From Elusimicrobiota bacterium (GTDB lineage Bacteria > Elusimicrobiota > Elusimicrobia > Elusimicrobiales > UBA9959): a DNA stretch of 64,000 bases. The position numbers and the translations under genes are program-made. A model generated the notes under the pieces. The model was not told the DNA's origin. It made no database searches and saw only the letters and a program-made list of their open reading frames with translations. Position 1 is the stretch's first letter. Each line of letters opens with the position of its first letter. Below are positions 34,252 through 43,361 of this stretch, one piece after another. The DNA is taken from contig JAJUJA010000002.1 of assembly GCA_029267355.1 (NCBI GenBank), forward strand, positions 1,386 to 65,385, written 5' to 3'.

Positions 34252-34778
34252 AAAAGAATCTTATGCTTGCGCTTATGGCGATTTTCTCGCTTTCTTTAAG
34301 CGCTCAGGAAAAAACAAGAATAAGCGAGAACGATTTTCTGTCTTCGCTTTCAACCGTCAAGACTCAGGCTATTGAGGCTAAGGCCGAAAAGACTGAGATT
34401 CCGTATGTAAGAACCGGAACCTATGTCACGCTTACAGGCTATGTAAACCTTAACGGCGGCGCTTTTGTGCCTCAAAACGGCGGTTTTATAAGCGTCAATT
34501 TAAGCGGCTGGGCGCAATTGAACAGCTATGATTACAAGGTTAAAACGGACAATCAATATGTGACTGTATATGCCTCTCTTTGGGCCAATCCCAACCAGTA
34601 TGTCTCGCAGACCGTTTATCCGAATATTTCCTTCAGGGTATACAAGGAAGGCAAGTATATAGGCACCGTTTATTCAAACGGCTCCGTGAATGTAAGCGGC
34701 TGGGTTTCAGGAAATTATGTGAATCTTTCCGGCTCAGGCTATCTTAACGCTTCCATCTATATACCGGAAGAAGAATAA
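34248..34778 (+). CDS. Secreted hypothetical protein
   Basis: Signal peptide (MKKNLMLALMAIFSLSLSA) and GGAGG SD. Recurrent (V/L)N(L/V)SG(W/S) segments. A terminator follows. Confidence 0.5.
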   Translation: MKKNLMLALMAIFSLSLSAQEKTRISENDFLSSLSTVKTQAIEAKAEKTEIPYVRTGTYVTLTGYVNLNGGAFVPQNGGFISVNLSGWAQLNSYDYKVKTDNQYVTVYASLWANPNQYVSQTVYPNISFRVYKEGKYIGTVYSNGSVNVSGWVSGNYVNLSGSGYLNASIYIPEEE

Positions 34779-34795
34779 AACTTTATCCAAAAACG

Positions 34796-34823
34796 AGAGC
34801 CCCGGAGTAAAACCCGGGGCTCT
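34796..34823. terminator. Bidirectional rho-independent terminator between convergent genes
   Basis: 10-bp stem AGAGCCCCGG / CCGGGGCTCT with an 8-nt loop. An A-run lies upstream and a T8 run downstream. Confidence 0.85.
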
Positions 34824-34843
34824 TTTTTTTGACGAGGCAATTG

Positions 34844-35326
34844 TCAGCGTGCCGCGGCAAATTTATCCATTCTTGCCTTGCATGAAGCGGAGAGCTTGGA
34901 GATATTCTCGGCAAGACATTTTTTTATCCGGCCGTCTCCGGGCTTTACATTGGCGCAGAACTTTGAGGCATCGTCTCTGCAAACGCCGGTTTTCTCATTT
35001 TTAGCCATAGTTTTTTTGAAAGCTTTAGGCCCGAAACCGGCTTTGAATCCGTCCTTAAATCCCTGCCTGTATAGAGCAAAACAGGCTTGACCGCTCTTAT
35101 TCTTTTTTCTCTCTCTGGCTGAAGAGGCTTTTTCAACCCTTTGAGCGCAATCTTTTGAAAGCTCTTTCTTGTGCTCATTAAGGCAGGCAAGAATACGGCC
35201 CTGCCCGGGTTTTACATCAGCGCAGAACTTTTCCTTTTCCCGGCTGCAAACTCCGCTGTCCTGCGGCTGGCCGGCATAAACGGCGCCTGATACCAAAAAC
35301 GCGAGAACGAATACCGCTTTTTTCAT
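34844..35326 (-). CDS. Secreted cysteine-rich repeat protein (two copies)
   Basis: Signal peptide plus two copies of the FC..VKPG.GRI..CL......LS..C repeat: EKFCADVKPGQGRILACLNEHKKELSKDC and SKFCANVKPGDGRIKKCLAENISKLSASC. Confidence 0.65.
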   Translation of the reverse strand: MKKAVFVLAFLVSGAVYAGQPQDSGVCSREKEKFCADVKPGQGRILACLNEHKKELSKDCAQRVEKASSARERKKNKSGQACFALYRQGFKDGFKAGFGPKAFKKTMAKNEKTGVCRDDASKFCANVKPGDGRIKKCLAENISKLSASCKARMDKFAAAR

Positions 35327-35409
35327 AACTCCTCCATGCCTCGTCAGCTATAAAACGATAAAGAACCTCTTTTATTGCATTACAAGCCGAAAAAAAATTT
35401 AATATTAGC

Positions 35410-36096
35410 ATGCGCATATTGATAGCAGAGGATGAAATAGATATTTTGCGGACGCTGGAATATAATCTGCGCCGTGAGGGCTTTGAGGTCGAAAGCTTTA
35501 CTGACGGAGCCGCGGCTCTTGAAAGGATACTGTATTCAAAACCGGATTTAGCCGTACTTGATATAATGCTCCCCGGGCTTGACGGGCTAAGCATATGCAG
35601 AGCCGTAAGGGCAAATGAAGCCGCAGCGTCAATGCCGGTGATAATGCTTACAGCAAGGGCTTCCGAAATAGACAAAATAACGGGTCTGGAGAATGGAGCC
35701 GACGACTATATAACCAAGCCTTTTTCCGTAAGGGAGCTTATAGCCAGGATAAGGGCCATCTTAAGACGCAGCGCAGTCAGAGTTAAAACCGCATCTGTCA
35801 TAAAAAGCGGCGATATTGAGCTTGACAATGAAGCCGTCAAAGTGACCGTCGGCAGGAAAGAAATAAAGTTGACGGCAAAAGAATTTTTTATACTGAGAGA
35901 GCTGCTTGAAAATAAAGAAAAAGTGGTTTCCAGGGAAGCTTTGCTGGAGAAAATATGGGATATCGGAGAAGCCTCGGGTCTGGACACCAGAACGGTTGAT
36001 GTTCATATAATGAATCTAAGAAAGAAACTTGGAAAAACTGGAGCCAGAATAGCAACGGTAAAAAATTTCGGATACTGCTGGCGGGAAAATGCTTAA
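35410..36096 (+). CDS. phoB: OmpR/PhoB-family response regulator
   Basis: REC domain (ILIAEDE...VLDIMLPGLDG...LTA...KP) plus a winged-helix output domain (LTAKEFFILRELL...VDVHIMNLRKKL). It heads the Pho block, and the gene symbol is assigned from that context. Confidence 0.85.
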   Translation: MRILIAEDEIDILRTLEYNLRREGFEVESFTDGAAALERILYSKPDLAVLDIMLPGLDGLSICRAVRANEAAASMPVIMLTARASEIDKITGLENGADDYITKPFSVRELIARIRAILRRSAVRVKTASVIKSGDIELDNEAVKVTVGRKEIKLTAKEFFILRELLENKEKVVSREALLEKIWDIGEASGLDTRTVDVHIMNLRKKLGKTGARIATVKNFGYCWRENA

Positions 36097-37831
36097 GGTA
36101 TTCAAAAACAAGATACTTCTCACATACTTTTCCCTCGTTTTTCTGTCCTTTGCCCTGCTTAACTATATCCTTGTAAAACATTTTGAGAAAGAAACCCTTT
36201 CCCGCAATATCGAAAAAGCGGAATTATACCTTAAGACCCTTGAGGCGGATATTGAGGCGAAAAAAGCGGCTCCGCAGGCGCTTAAGAAGCTGGCAGATGA
36301 TTACTTCTCCCGTTTCGGCGTCAGGCTAACCTTTATAGCTGCCTCTGGACAAGTGGTGGCAGACTCGCAGGTGCCCTGCGAAAAGATCACGGATATGGAC
36401 AACCATCTCGGCAGGGCTGAAATTGCCGCAGCGGCCGAAAATGGAACAGGTTTTTCCCTGAGATATTCAACTACCTTGGGCAAAGAAATGATTTATTATG
36501 CCGAAAAAAAACAAATCGGGGAAAAAAATATGTTTTTAAGGGCGGCTCTGCCTATGCAGCAGGTTAATGCTCAGCTTCTTTCATCCAGAAAAAAAATATC
36601 GGCCTATTTCCTTTTTTTCCTGTTTATCTCAAGCATAGCTGCCTGGCTGGCGCTTAAAAAGTCTTTTTATCCTCTTGAAAAAATAGTTTACGCCTCCAAA
36701 CGCTACGCCTCAGGCGACTTCTCGCACAGAATACTGCCGGAGGGCGCAAGCGGAGAACTGAAAAAATTGTCGCAAACTCTGAATTATATGGCCGACAGCA
36801 TTCAAAGTCAGATGCATGAGCTTGAATCTAAAAACAGGCAGCTTTCGGTTATTTTTGAAAATATGCAGGAAGCGGTGGCATTGATAGATGAACACAAACT
36901 TCTTAAGCAATACAATCAGAAATTTGCCGAAATCTTTGCCGGAAACGCCTCCAACAAAGATATTGAAACTGCGCTGAAAAGCGGTGAAGCACTGGAGGCG
37001 ATAGATATCGCCTGGAAAACAGGAGTAAAGACAGAAAGTGATTTTCTTTATTCTCAGGACGGCAGGAATTACCGCATATGTGCCATACCTCTTGCCGAAA
37101 ACTCATCTGATGCCGCTATTGTGGCGGTTATTTACGATACAGATGAACATAAAAGGCTTGAGGATATGAAAAAGGATTTTATAGGTAATCTTTCGCATGA
37201 GATAAAGACCCCGGTCACTGTAATAAAAACGGCCATAGAAACGGTACTAAGCGATCCTTCTATGAAAAAACAGGACTTAGACAATTTCCTGAACGCAATA
37301 GACAAAAATGCGGCCAGAATAGAAAATATAGCGAGAGACATAATATCTCTCAATTATCTGGAATCAAATATAAGGCTTAACAGGGAAAAAATAAACCTCT
37401 TTTCATTCATACAGGCTATACAGGACTGCTTTAAGGCATATATACATGAGTCCGCAATAACTTTTCATAACGATGCTGCGCGCGATTTTTTTATAAACGC
37501 AGACAAAGACATCATTGAAAAAGCTTTTTTCAATCTCTTTGACAATGCCGTAAAATTCAATATTGACAAAGGTTTTATCAGAGTGAGCGCCGTTAAAGAG
37601 AAAAACAGCTGCCTGATAATCTTTGAAAATTCCGGACCGCTGATACCAAAGGAAAGTCTGGAAAGGATATTTGAAAGGTTCTACACGGCGGACAAATCGC
37701 GCTCGCGGCTTAAAGGCGGAACTGGATTGGGCCTGTCAATAGCCAAACATGCCGTAGAGCTGCATGGCGGAAACATAAAAGCTGAAAGCGCCGGCGGAAT
37801 CAACAAATTCACGGTAAATCTGCCCTCTTGA
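36089..37831 (+). CDS. phoR: PhoR-like sensor histidine kinase
   Basis: Two TM segments, HAMP-like and PAS-like segments, H-box FIGNLSHEIKTPVT, N-box FDNAVKF and G-boxes ENSGP and GTGLGLSIAK. Overlaps phoB by 8 nt. Confidence 0.82.
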   Translation: MLKVFKNKILLTYFSLVFLSFALLNYILVKHFEKETLSRNIEKAELYLKTLEADIEAKKAAPQALKKLADDYFSRFGVRLTFIAASGQVVADSQVPCEKITDMDNHLGRAEIAAAAENGTGFSLRYSTTLGKEMIYYAEKKQIGEKNMFLRAALPMQQVNAQLLSSRKKISAYFLFFLFISSIAAWLALKKSFYPLEKIVYASKRYASGDFSHRILPEGASGELKKLSQTLNYMADSIQSQMHELESKNRQLSVIFENMQEAVALIDEHKLLKQYNQKFAEIFAGNASNKDIETALKSGEALEAIDIAWKTGVKTESDFLYSQDGRNYRICAIPLAENSSDAAIVAVIYDTDEHKRLEDMKKDFIGNLSHEIKTPVTVIKTAIETVLSDPSMKKQDLDNFLNAIDKNAARIENIARDIISLNYLESNIRLNREKINLFSFIQAIQDCFKAYIHESAITFHNDAARDFFINADKDIIEKAFFNLFDNAVKFNIDKGFIRVSAVKEKNSCLIIFENSGPLIPKESLERIFERFYTADKSRSRLKGGTGLGLSIAKHAVELHGGNIKAESAGGINKFTVNLPS

Positions 37832-37837
37832 AAAAAC

Positions 37838-37876
37838 TTTACCTGAAATTTACAAGCCTTTAACTCTCATTAAACG
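37838..37876 (+). promoter_or_regulatory. Candidate Pho box: three to four TT(T/A)AC(A/C/T)-like direct repeats with 11-bp spacing
   Basis: TTTACC at 37838, TTTACA at 37849 and TTAACT at 37860, plus a degenerate TAAACG at 37871. The array ends 9-10 nt before the -10 hexamer TAGAAT (37886-37891). Confidence 0.55.
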
Positions 37877-37885
37877 CGGGTTTTT

Positions 37886-37891
37886 TAGAAT
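37886..37891 (+). promoter_or_regulatory. -10 element (TAGAAT) of the porin-pst transcription unit
   Basis: TAGAAT lies 8 nt upstream of the ATG at 37900. There is no -35 hexamer; the Pho-box repeats occupy that position. Confidence 0.5.
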
Positions 37892-37899
37892 TTATTTGT

Positions 37900-39174
37900 A
37901 TGAAAAACCTTCGTAATCTTAAAACGGTCTTGACAGCCGTCATCCTCGCAGCCGGAAATAACCTTTATTCCGGCGAACTTGACGGGCTCCTTGATAAACT
38001 GGTTGAGAAAAACATTATTCAGGGATGGGAAGCGCAGGAAATAAGGATCAACACAACGGAGGAAGTGAAAAGAGAAATATCCGATGGTATGCATAAAACC
38101 CTGCCTTTGTGGCTTCAAACCATCAATCTGGGCGGAGATATACGATTAAGGTATCAGGAAAGCAAAAATGACAATCTGCCTTATGAAAGACAGAGAGGAC
38201 GCTACAGAGTGAGGCTTTTTGCCAGCACAAAGGTGAACGAGCAGGTTATTGCCGGCTTCGGCTTCGCCAGCGGAGAAAACTCCGACCCGCGCTCAACAAA
38301 TCAGACTTTCAAGGACAATTTCGGCAAGAAGGGGCTTTACATAGATTATGTTTATGCCGAATATTATCCTTATTCATGGCTGGCTCTCGCCGGCGGCAGG
38401 AATAAAAATCCCCTGTGGATGTCCAATGATATGTTATGGGACTCTGACATAAATCCGGAAGGCGCCAATTTCAAAACTGAGTTTTCGCCCGCCTCAACCG
38501 TCAAAATTCAGAATACCGGCGGTTTTTTTATTCTAAACGAAACGGCGGCCGGCAATAATGATCCTTATGCTATCTATCTGCAGCAATTTTTATCTCTGAG
38601 AGATTATGACAGCAGTTTCTCATTTAAAACCGCCATAACTTACTATGATTTCAAGTATATCACAGGAAAAACCGCGCTTAACTACAGGCCGGCGATCGCC
38701 GACGGTTATCTCAACTCCAATACGGTTTCTGCGGGCAAATACAGGTATTTCTACAGGCCTGCAGTAATTGAAACAGAAGCTTCCTTCAATCTTTCACAGC
38801 CGCTGAAAATACCACTTGCGGCGCGGGATATAACAAATATTGCCGTCTTCGGCTCTCTTGTGCGAAATACGGCAATAAGCCGCAACAATGCCGGTTGGCT
38901 GGCAGGACTGCGTTTCGGCCAGGAAAAAGTCGAAGACTCCGGACAGTTCCAGTTCTCTTTTTCTCAAAGAAGGCTTGAAAAAGACGCCTGGCTTGACACA
39001 TATCCCGACAGCGATTTTTACGGCGGTTCCACCGGTGTAAAAGGGCTGGAGTACATTCTTACAATAGGCTTGCTCAGGAATTTTTCGGTTATGCTTGATT
39101 ACTACGACTCTGTTCCAATAGGCAAGTCAAAAAGAGAAAGGCTTATGCAGGCGGATGTAAACTTTAAGTTTTAA
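37900..39174 (+). CDS. Putative outer-membrane porin (phosphate-regulon associated)
   Basis: Signal peptide, short N-terminal helical segment, alternating beta-strand pattern and a terminal ...VNFKF. Located immediately upstream of pstS. Confidence 0.6.
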   Translation: MKNLRNLKTVLTAVILAAGNNLYSGELDGLLDKLVEKNIIQGWEAQEIRINTTEEVKREISDGMHKTLPLWLQTINLGGDIRLRYQESKNDNLPYERQRGRYRVRLFASTKVNEQVIAGFGFASGENSDPRSTNQTFKDNFGKKGLYIDYVYAEYYPYSWLALAGGRNKNPLWMSNDMLWDSDINPEGANFKTEFSPASTVKIQNTGGFFILNETAAGNNDPYAIYLQQFLSLRDYDSSFSFKTAITYYDFKYITGKTALNYRPAIADGYLNSNTVSAGKYRYFYRPAVIETEASFNLSQPLKIPLAARDITNIAVFGSLVRNTAISRNNAGWLAGLRFGQEKVEDSGQFQFSFSQRRLEKDAWLDTYPDSDFYGGSTGVKGLEYILTIGLLRNFSVMLDYYDSVPIGKSKRERLMQADVNFKF

Positions 39175-39191
39175 TTAAAGAGGAGAAAAAA

Positions 39192-39998
39192 ATGAAAAAA
39201 ACGATAAAAACAGCAGTTCTCGCGGCGGCTCTGTGCTCATCAGCTGCCGCTCAAAACAAGATAGTCCTTGAGGGCTCCACCACGGTTCTGCCTATAGCGC
39301 AAAAGGCGGCCGAGGTTTATATGAAAAAAAATCCGGACATGAACATAATAGTGCGGGGCGGCGGCTCGGGAGTCGGCCTGACTTCAATAATAGACGGCAT
39401 CTGCGATATAGCGGATTCCTCAAGAGCCATAAAACAAAAAGAGCTGGATAATGCCTTTAAAAAGGGCAAACAGCTTAAAGCGCATACTGTTGCGATGGAT
39501 GCAATAATTATTGTCGTAAATCCTTCAAATCCCGTTGAGGATTTATCAAAAGAGCAGGTAAAGGACATTTTTACCGGGAAAATAAAGAACTGGAAGGAAT
39601 TGGGCGGAAGCGACATGAAAATAGTCGCGGTGTCGCGCGACAGCGCCAGCGGAACTTTTGAGGCGTTCATAGAGCATGGGCTGGATAAAAAAAGAGTCCG
39701 CCCCGACGCACTGACACAGGCCAGCAATCAGGGCGTAGCGAATATTGTTGCTCAAAATCCCGGCGCCATAGGATATGTGGGTATAGGATACATATCCGAT
39801 AAGGTTAAGCCCGTAAAGTACAATGGAGTGAAAGCGTCAAGAGAAACCGTACTGAAAAACAAGTATTCGCTTGCCAGGCCTCTTTTTATGTACACAGAGC
39901 AGAATATGAAACCTGAAGTAAAAAAATTCATAGACTTTATCAAAAGCGATGAAGGCTCAGCTATTGTTGAACAGGCGGGATTCATAGCTCTAAAATAA
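39192..39998 (+). CDS. pstS: Phosphate ABC transporter substrate-binding protein
   Basis: Signal peptide, then GSTTVLPIAQKAAE, GGGSGVG and SRDSASGTF, which are typical of the PstS family. Confidence 0.92.
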   Translation: MKKTIKTAVLAAALCSSAAAQNKIVLEGSTTVLPIAQKAAEVYMKKNPDMNIIVRGGGSGVGLTSIIDGICDIADSSRAIKQKELDNAFKKGKQLKAHTVAMDAIIIVVNPSNPVEDLSKEQVKDIFTGKIKNWKELGGSDMKIVAVSRDSASGTFEAFIEHGLDKKRVRPDALTQASNQGVANIVAQNPGAIGYVGIGYISDKVKPVKYNGVKASRETVLKNKYSLARPLFMYTEQNMKPEVKKFIDFIKSDEGSAIVEQAGFIALK

Positions 39999-40008
39999 GG
40001 GGGAACCG

Positions 40009-40905
40009 ATGAAGGGAAAGGGCGAAAAATTCAGGGAAAAATTAATAGAATACATACTTTTTGCCCTTTCTCTTTCCGCCATTATTTTTCTGGCCGGGAT
40101 AGTTTTAACTCTTCTGAAAGAAGCAGCGCCAGCTTTCAGGGATACAGGTTTTTTGAATATGATAGTTTCAAAAGACTGGTATCCGACTTATGAACCCCCG
40201 GATTTTGGAATGCTGCCTTTGATCGCGGGCTCATTCATGGTAACTGCAATAGCTTTAATGGTCTCTGTTCCCCTGGGGCTGTGCAGCGCGGTTTATATAA
40301 GCGAATTGGCCGGAAAAAAGGAAAAAATTCTGCTTAAACCTTTTATAGAGCTTCTTTCCAGCATACCTTCAGTCGTTTACGGTTTCTGGGGAATTGTTTT
40401 TCTGGCTCCTGCCATACAAAGACACTTTGACCTCTCAAGCGGATATTGCGCTCTGACAGCCGGCATAGTGCTCGGAATAATGTCCTCGCCCATAATAGCC
40501 AGCCTCTCAGAAGACGCTCTCAACTGCGTTCCGCGCTCCTTCAAGGAAGCCTCCTTCGCTATGGGGGCAGACAGGCTTGAAACTTTAATAAATGTGACGA
40601 TACCTGCCGCGGCTTCTGGGATAATAACTTCAATAATACTCGGCACGGGCAGGATAATAGGCGAAACAATGGTCGTTCTTATGCTCAGCGGAGGAGCGGC
40701 CATAATAACGCTTTCGCCGATGGAGCCTGTCAGACCGATGACTTCGGCTATAGCCGCCGAAATGGGAGAAGCGGCCTTTCAAACGCCTCATTATCACTCG
40801 CTTTTCGCAATAGCCATAATTCTTTTCATTATCACCTTTATTTTGAATATGGCGGCTGAAAAACTGGCCGGGAAATACAGATTGAAACTGGGGAGCCATA
40901 GATGA
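40009..40905 (+). CDS. pstC: Phosphate ABC transporter permease PstC
   Basis: 6-TM permease with the EAA loop (EASFAMGADRLETLINVTIP), in the pstS-C-A-B order. Confidence 0.92.
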   Translation: MKGKGEKFREKLIEYILFALSLSAIIFLAGIVLTLLKEAAPAFRDTGFLNMIVSKDWYPTYEPPDFGMLPLIAGSFMVTAIALMVSVPLGLCSAVYISELAGKKEKILLKPFIELLSSIPSVVYGFWGIVFLAPAIQRHFDLSSGYCALTAGIVLGIMSSPIIASLSEDALNCVPRSFKEASFAMGADRLETLINVTIPAAASGIITSIILGTGRIIGETMVVLMLSGGAAIITLSPMEPVRPMTSAIAAEMGEAAFQTPHYHSLFAIAIILFIITFILNMAAEKLAGKYRLKLGSHR

Positions 40906-41771
40906 AAATGCAGGCAAAATCCTTAAGGCAATACGCCGCATTCCTTATGGTAAGAGCGGTTTTTTTGTTCACATCATTCATTCTCCTTTTAATAACGGGA
41001 TTTTTGCTCTTAAAAGGCGCAAAGGTGTTGTCTTTTGATTTCATTTTTAAAATGCCGGAAAATTCAATGACAGCAGGCGGTATATTTCCTGCAATACTGG
41101 GAACCTTCTATCTTGTTGTAATGAGCATTATCTTCTCCGCAATTCCCGGCATAGCCTGTGCCATATATCTCAATGAGTACGGCCCGAAAGGCTGGATTTC
41201 AACTATGATAAGAACAAGCATAAACAATCTTTCAGGAGTGCCTTCAATAGTTTTCGGGCTTTTCGGGCTGGCCGTATTTGTTAAAAAACTCGGTTTTGGA
41301 GTTTCCATATTGTCAGGTTCTCTCACTCTCTCAATAGTAATACTCCCTGTCATAATTTCTTCAACAAGGGAAGCCCTGATGGCCATACCTCAATCAATGA
41401 GAGAGGCCTCAATGGCTCTTGGGGCGACCAAATGGGAGACCGTGTGGAACATAATACTTCCGCAAGCTACGCCTTCAATTCTTACGGCCATAATAATCGG
41501 CATAGGCCGCGCGGCAGGCGAAACAGCGCCGATACTTTTTACCGCCGCAGTTTTCTACTCAAAAGAGCTGCCAAGATCAATTTTTTCCGAGGTTATGGCC
41601 CTGCCTTATCACATATATGCCCTGGTCACTGAAGGCACAGCGCCGCAGTCCCAAATCCCCATAGCTTACGGCGCTTCCATAGTGCTTTTATTTCTGGTAA
41701 TAATCATATCCCTATCAGCTATATACATAAGACAAAAACACAGGAGCGCCTATGCTAAGATTGGACACTAA
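40902..41771 (+). CDS. pstA: Phosphate ABC transporter permease PstA
   Basis: 6-TM permease with the EAA loop ([20 protein letters not shown]). 4-nt overlap with pstC. Confidence 0.92.
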   Translation: MKMQAKSLRQYAAFLMVRAVFLFTSFILLLITGFLLLKGAKVLSFDFIFKMPENSMTAGGIFPAILGTFYLVVMSIIFSAIPGIACAIYLNEYGPKGWISTMIRTSINNLSGVPSIVFGLFGLAVFVKKLGFGVSILSGSLTLSIVILPVIISSTREALMAIPQSMREASMALGATKWETVWNIILPQATPSILTAIIIGIGRAAGETAPILFTAAVFYSKELPRSIFSEVMALPYHIYALVTEGTAPQSQIPIAYGASIVLLFLVIIISLSAIYIRQKHRSAYAKIGH

Positions 41772-42597
41772 CAAGAACAAGCCTGATTTTTCAAGCACTG
41801 AAATAAGGGATCCATTGAACAGGGTGCATATTGACGTCTCACAGCAGCCGAAAATACGGGTGAGAAACCTTGATTTCTATTACGACGAAAATCAAACTCT
41901 CAAAAAAATAAATATGGATATATACGAGAAAAAAGTAACAGCCATAATAGGGCCTTCGGGCTGCGGCAAGTCAACTTTCATAAGAATACTCAACAGAATG
42001 AGCGATTTCGCGGCCTCATCAAAAGTCAGAGGAGAAATATCTCTTGAAAGACGCGATATTTTTGACCCGGAATTCAGCCCAGTTGAGCTGAGAAAAAGGG
42101 TAGGCATGGTTTTTCAGAAGCCGAATCCCTTTCCCAAAAGCATTTTTGAAAATATAGCTTACGGTCTGAGAATAAACGGAGTCAAAAATTCGCATGAGAT
42201 AGAGCAAAGGGCCGTAAAATCGCTTAAGAGGGCGGCTCTTTACGAAGAGGTCAAAGACAGATTAAAGGAAAGCGCCCTGAGCCTTTCAGGCGGCCAGCAG
42301 CAGCGTTTGTGCATAGCAAGGTGCATAGCCATAGAGCCGGAAGTAATACTTTTTGACGAGCCCTGCGCAAGCCTGGACCCTATTTCAACCGCGAAAATAG
42401 AAGAGCTGATACTTGAATTGAAGAAATACTATACGATAGTGATAGTAACCCACAATATGCAGCAGGCTCTTCGCGTATCCGATTACACCGCCTTTTTCCT
42501 TATGGGAGAGCTTATTGAATTTAATGAAACTAAAAAGGTTTTTGAAAATCCCTCAGATAAAAGAACTGAAGATTACATAACGGGAAGGTTCGGATGA
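41752..42597 (+). CDS. pstB: Phosphate ABC transporter ATP-binding protein
   Basis: Walker [10 protein letters not shown], signature LSGGQQQR, Walker B ILFDEP and the PstB-typical C-terminus [10 protein letters not shown]. Confidence 0.95.
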   Translation: MLRLDTNKNKPDFSSTEIRDPLNRVHIDVSQQPKIRVRNLDFYYDENQTLKKINMDIYEKKVTAIIGPSGCGKSTFIRILNRMSDFAASSKVRGEISLERRDIFDPEFSPVELRKRVGMVFQKPNPFPKSIFENIAYGLRINGVKNSHEIEQRAVKSLKRAALYEEVKDRLKESALSLSGGQQQRLCIARCIAIEPEVILFDEPCASLDPISTAKIEELILELKKYYTIVIVTHNMQQALRVSDYTAFFLMGELIEFNETKKVFENPSDKRTEDYITGRFG

Positions 42598-42686
42598 AAA
42601 AAAGAAAAAAATCAAAAAGAAGGTATGCACACAGTATTGATAAGGATTTTCTCAAGATACTGGCTCTCAGAAACTGAGGAGGAACT

Positions 42687-43352
42687 ATGTACAGGCATTT
42701 TGAAGACGAATTAGAAGGAATTAAAAGCTCAGTTCTGAAGATGAGCTATCATGTAATGGATCAGATACTTTCGGCTCTCAAAGCCCTTGAAAGCCGCGAC
42801 AGAGCCATGGCGTTGAGAACCATAGAGAAAGACGCCCTAATAGACGAGATGGAGATAATCATAGAAGAAAAATGCGCCGAACTTATACTTCGTCATCACC
42901 CTCTGGCAAAAGACCTCAGATTTGTGCTTGCCACGCTTAAACTTAACGGCGATCTTGAAAGGATAGCGGATCTTGCCGTTGATATAGCGCAAAGGGCAAT
43001 GGAAATTTCAGAATATCCTCAGATAAAACCCTATGAGGATCTGCCCAAACTTGCAGATACGGTAATGAAAATGCTCAAGGATGCCGTTGAAGCTTTCACA
43101 GAAAAAAACTATGAAACAGCCAAGAAAGTAATTTTATCTGATTGCGAAGTGGACAAACTGAGAGACAGAATCACTATTGAATTGCTGCAAAAATACATCA
43201 AAAGAGAGCCGGAAAGGGCGGACATTGCGCTTTCGCTTATACTTGCGGCAAGGCATCTTGAAAGGATAGGAGACCATTGCGTAAACATAGCTGAAGACGT
43301 TATATATATGGCTTCAGCCAAGATAGTGCGCCACCATCACAGCGAATTTTAG
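42687..43352 (+). CDS. phoU: Phosphate signalling complex protein PhoU
   Basis: Two PhoU repeats, each carrying the E(R/x)IGD-type motif (DLERIADLA and HLERIGDHC). GAGGAGG SD upstream. Confidence 0.93.
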   Translation: MYRHFEDELEGIKSSVLKMSYHVMDQILSALKALESRDRAMALRTIEKDALIDEMEIIIEEKCAELILRHHPLAKDLRFVLATLKLNGDLERIADLAVDIAQRAMEISEYPQIKPYEDLPKLADTVMKMLKDAVEAFTEKNYETAKKVILSDCEVDKLRDRITIELLQKYIKREPERADIALSLILAARHLERIGDHCVNIAEDVIYMASAKIVRHHHSEF

Positions 43353-43361
43353 CAATTGCGG

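Noticed and set aside
35217-35675. 152-aa minus-strand ORF spanning the phoB start and the promoter region.
   Set aside because: It overlaps the response-regulator receiver domain on the other strand as well as the Cys-rich gene's 5' end. No motifs are present.
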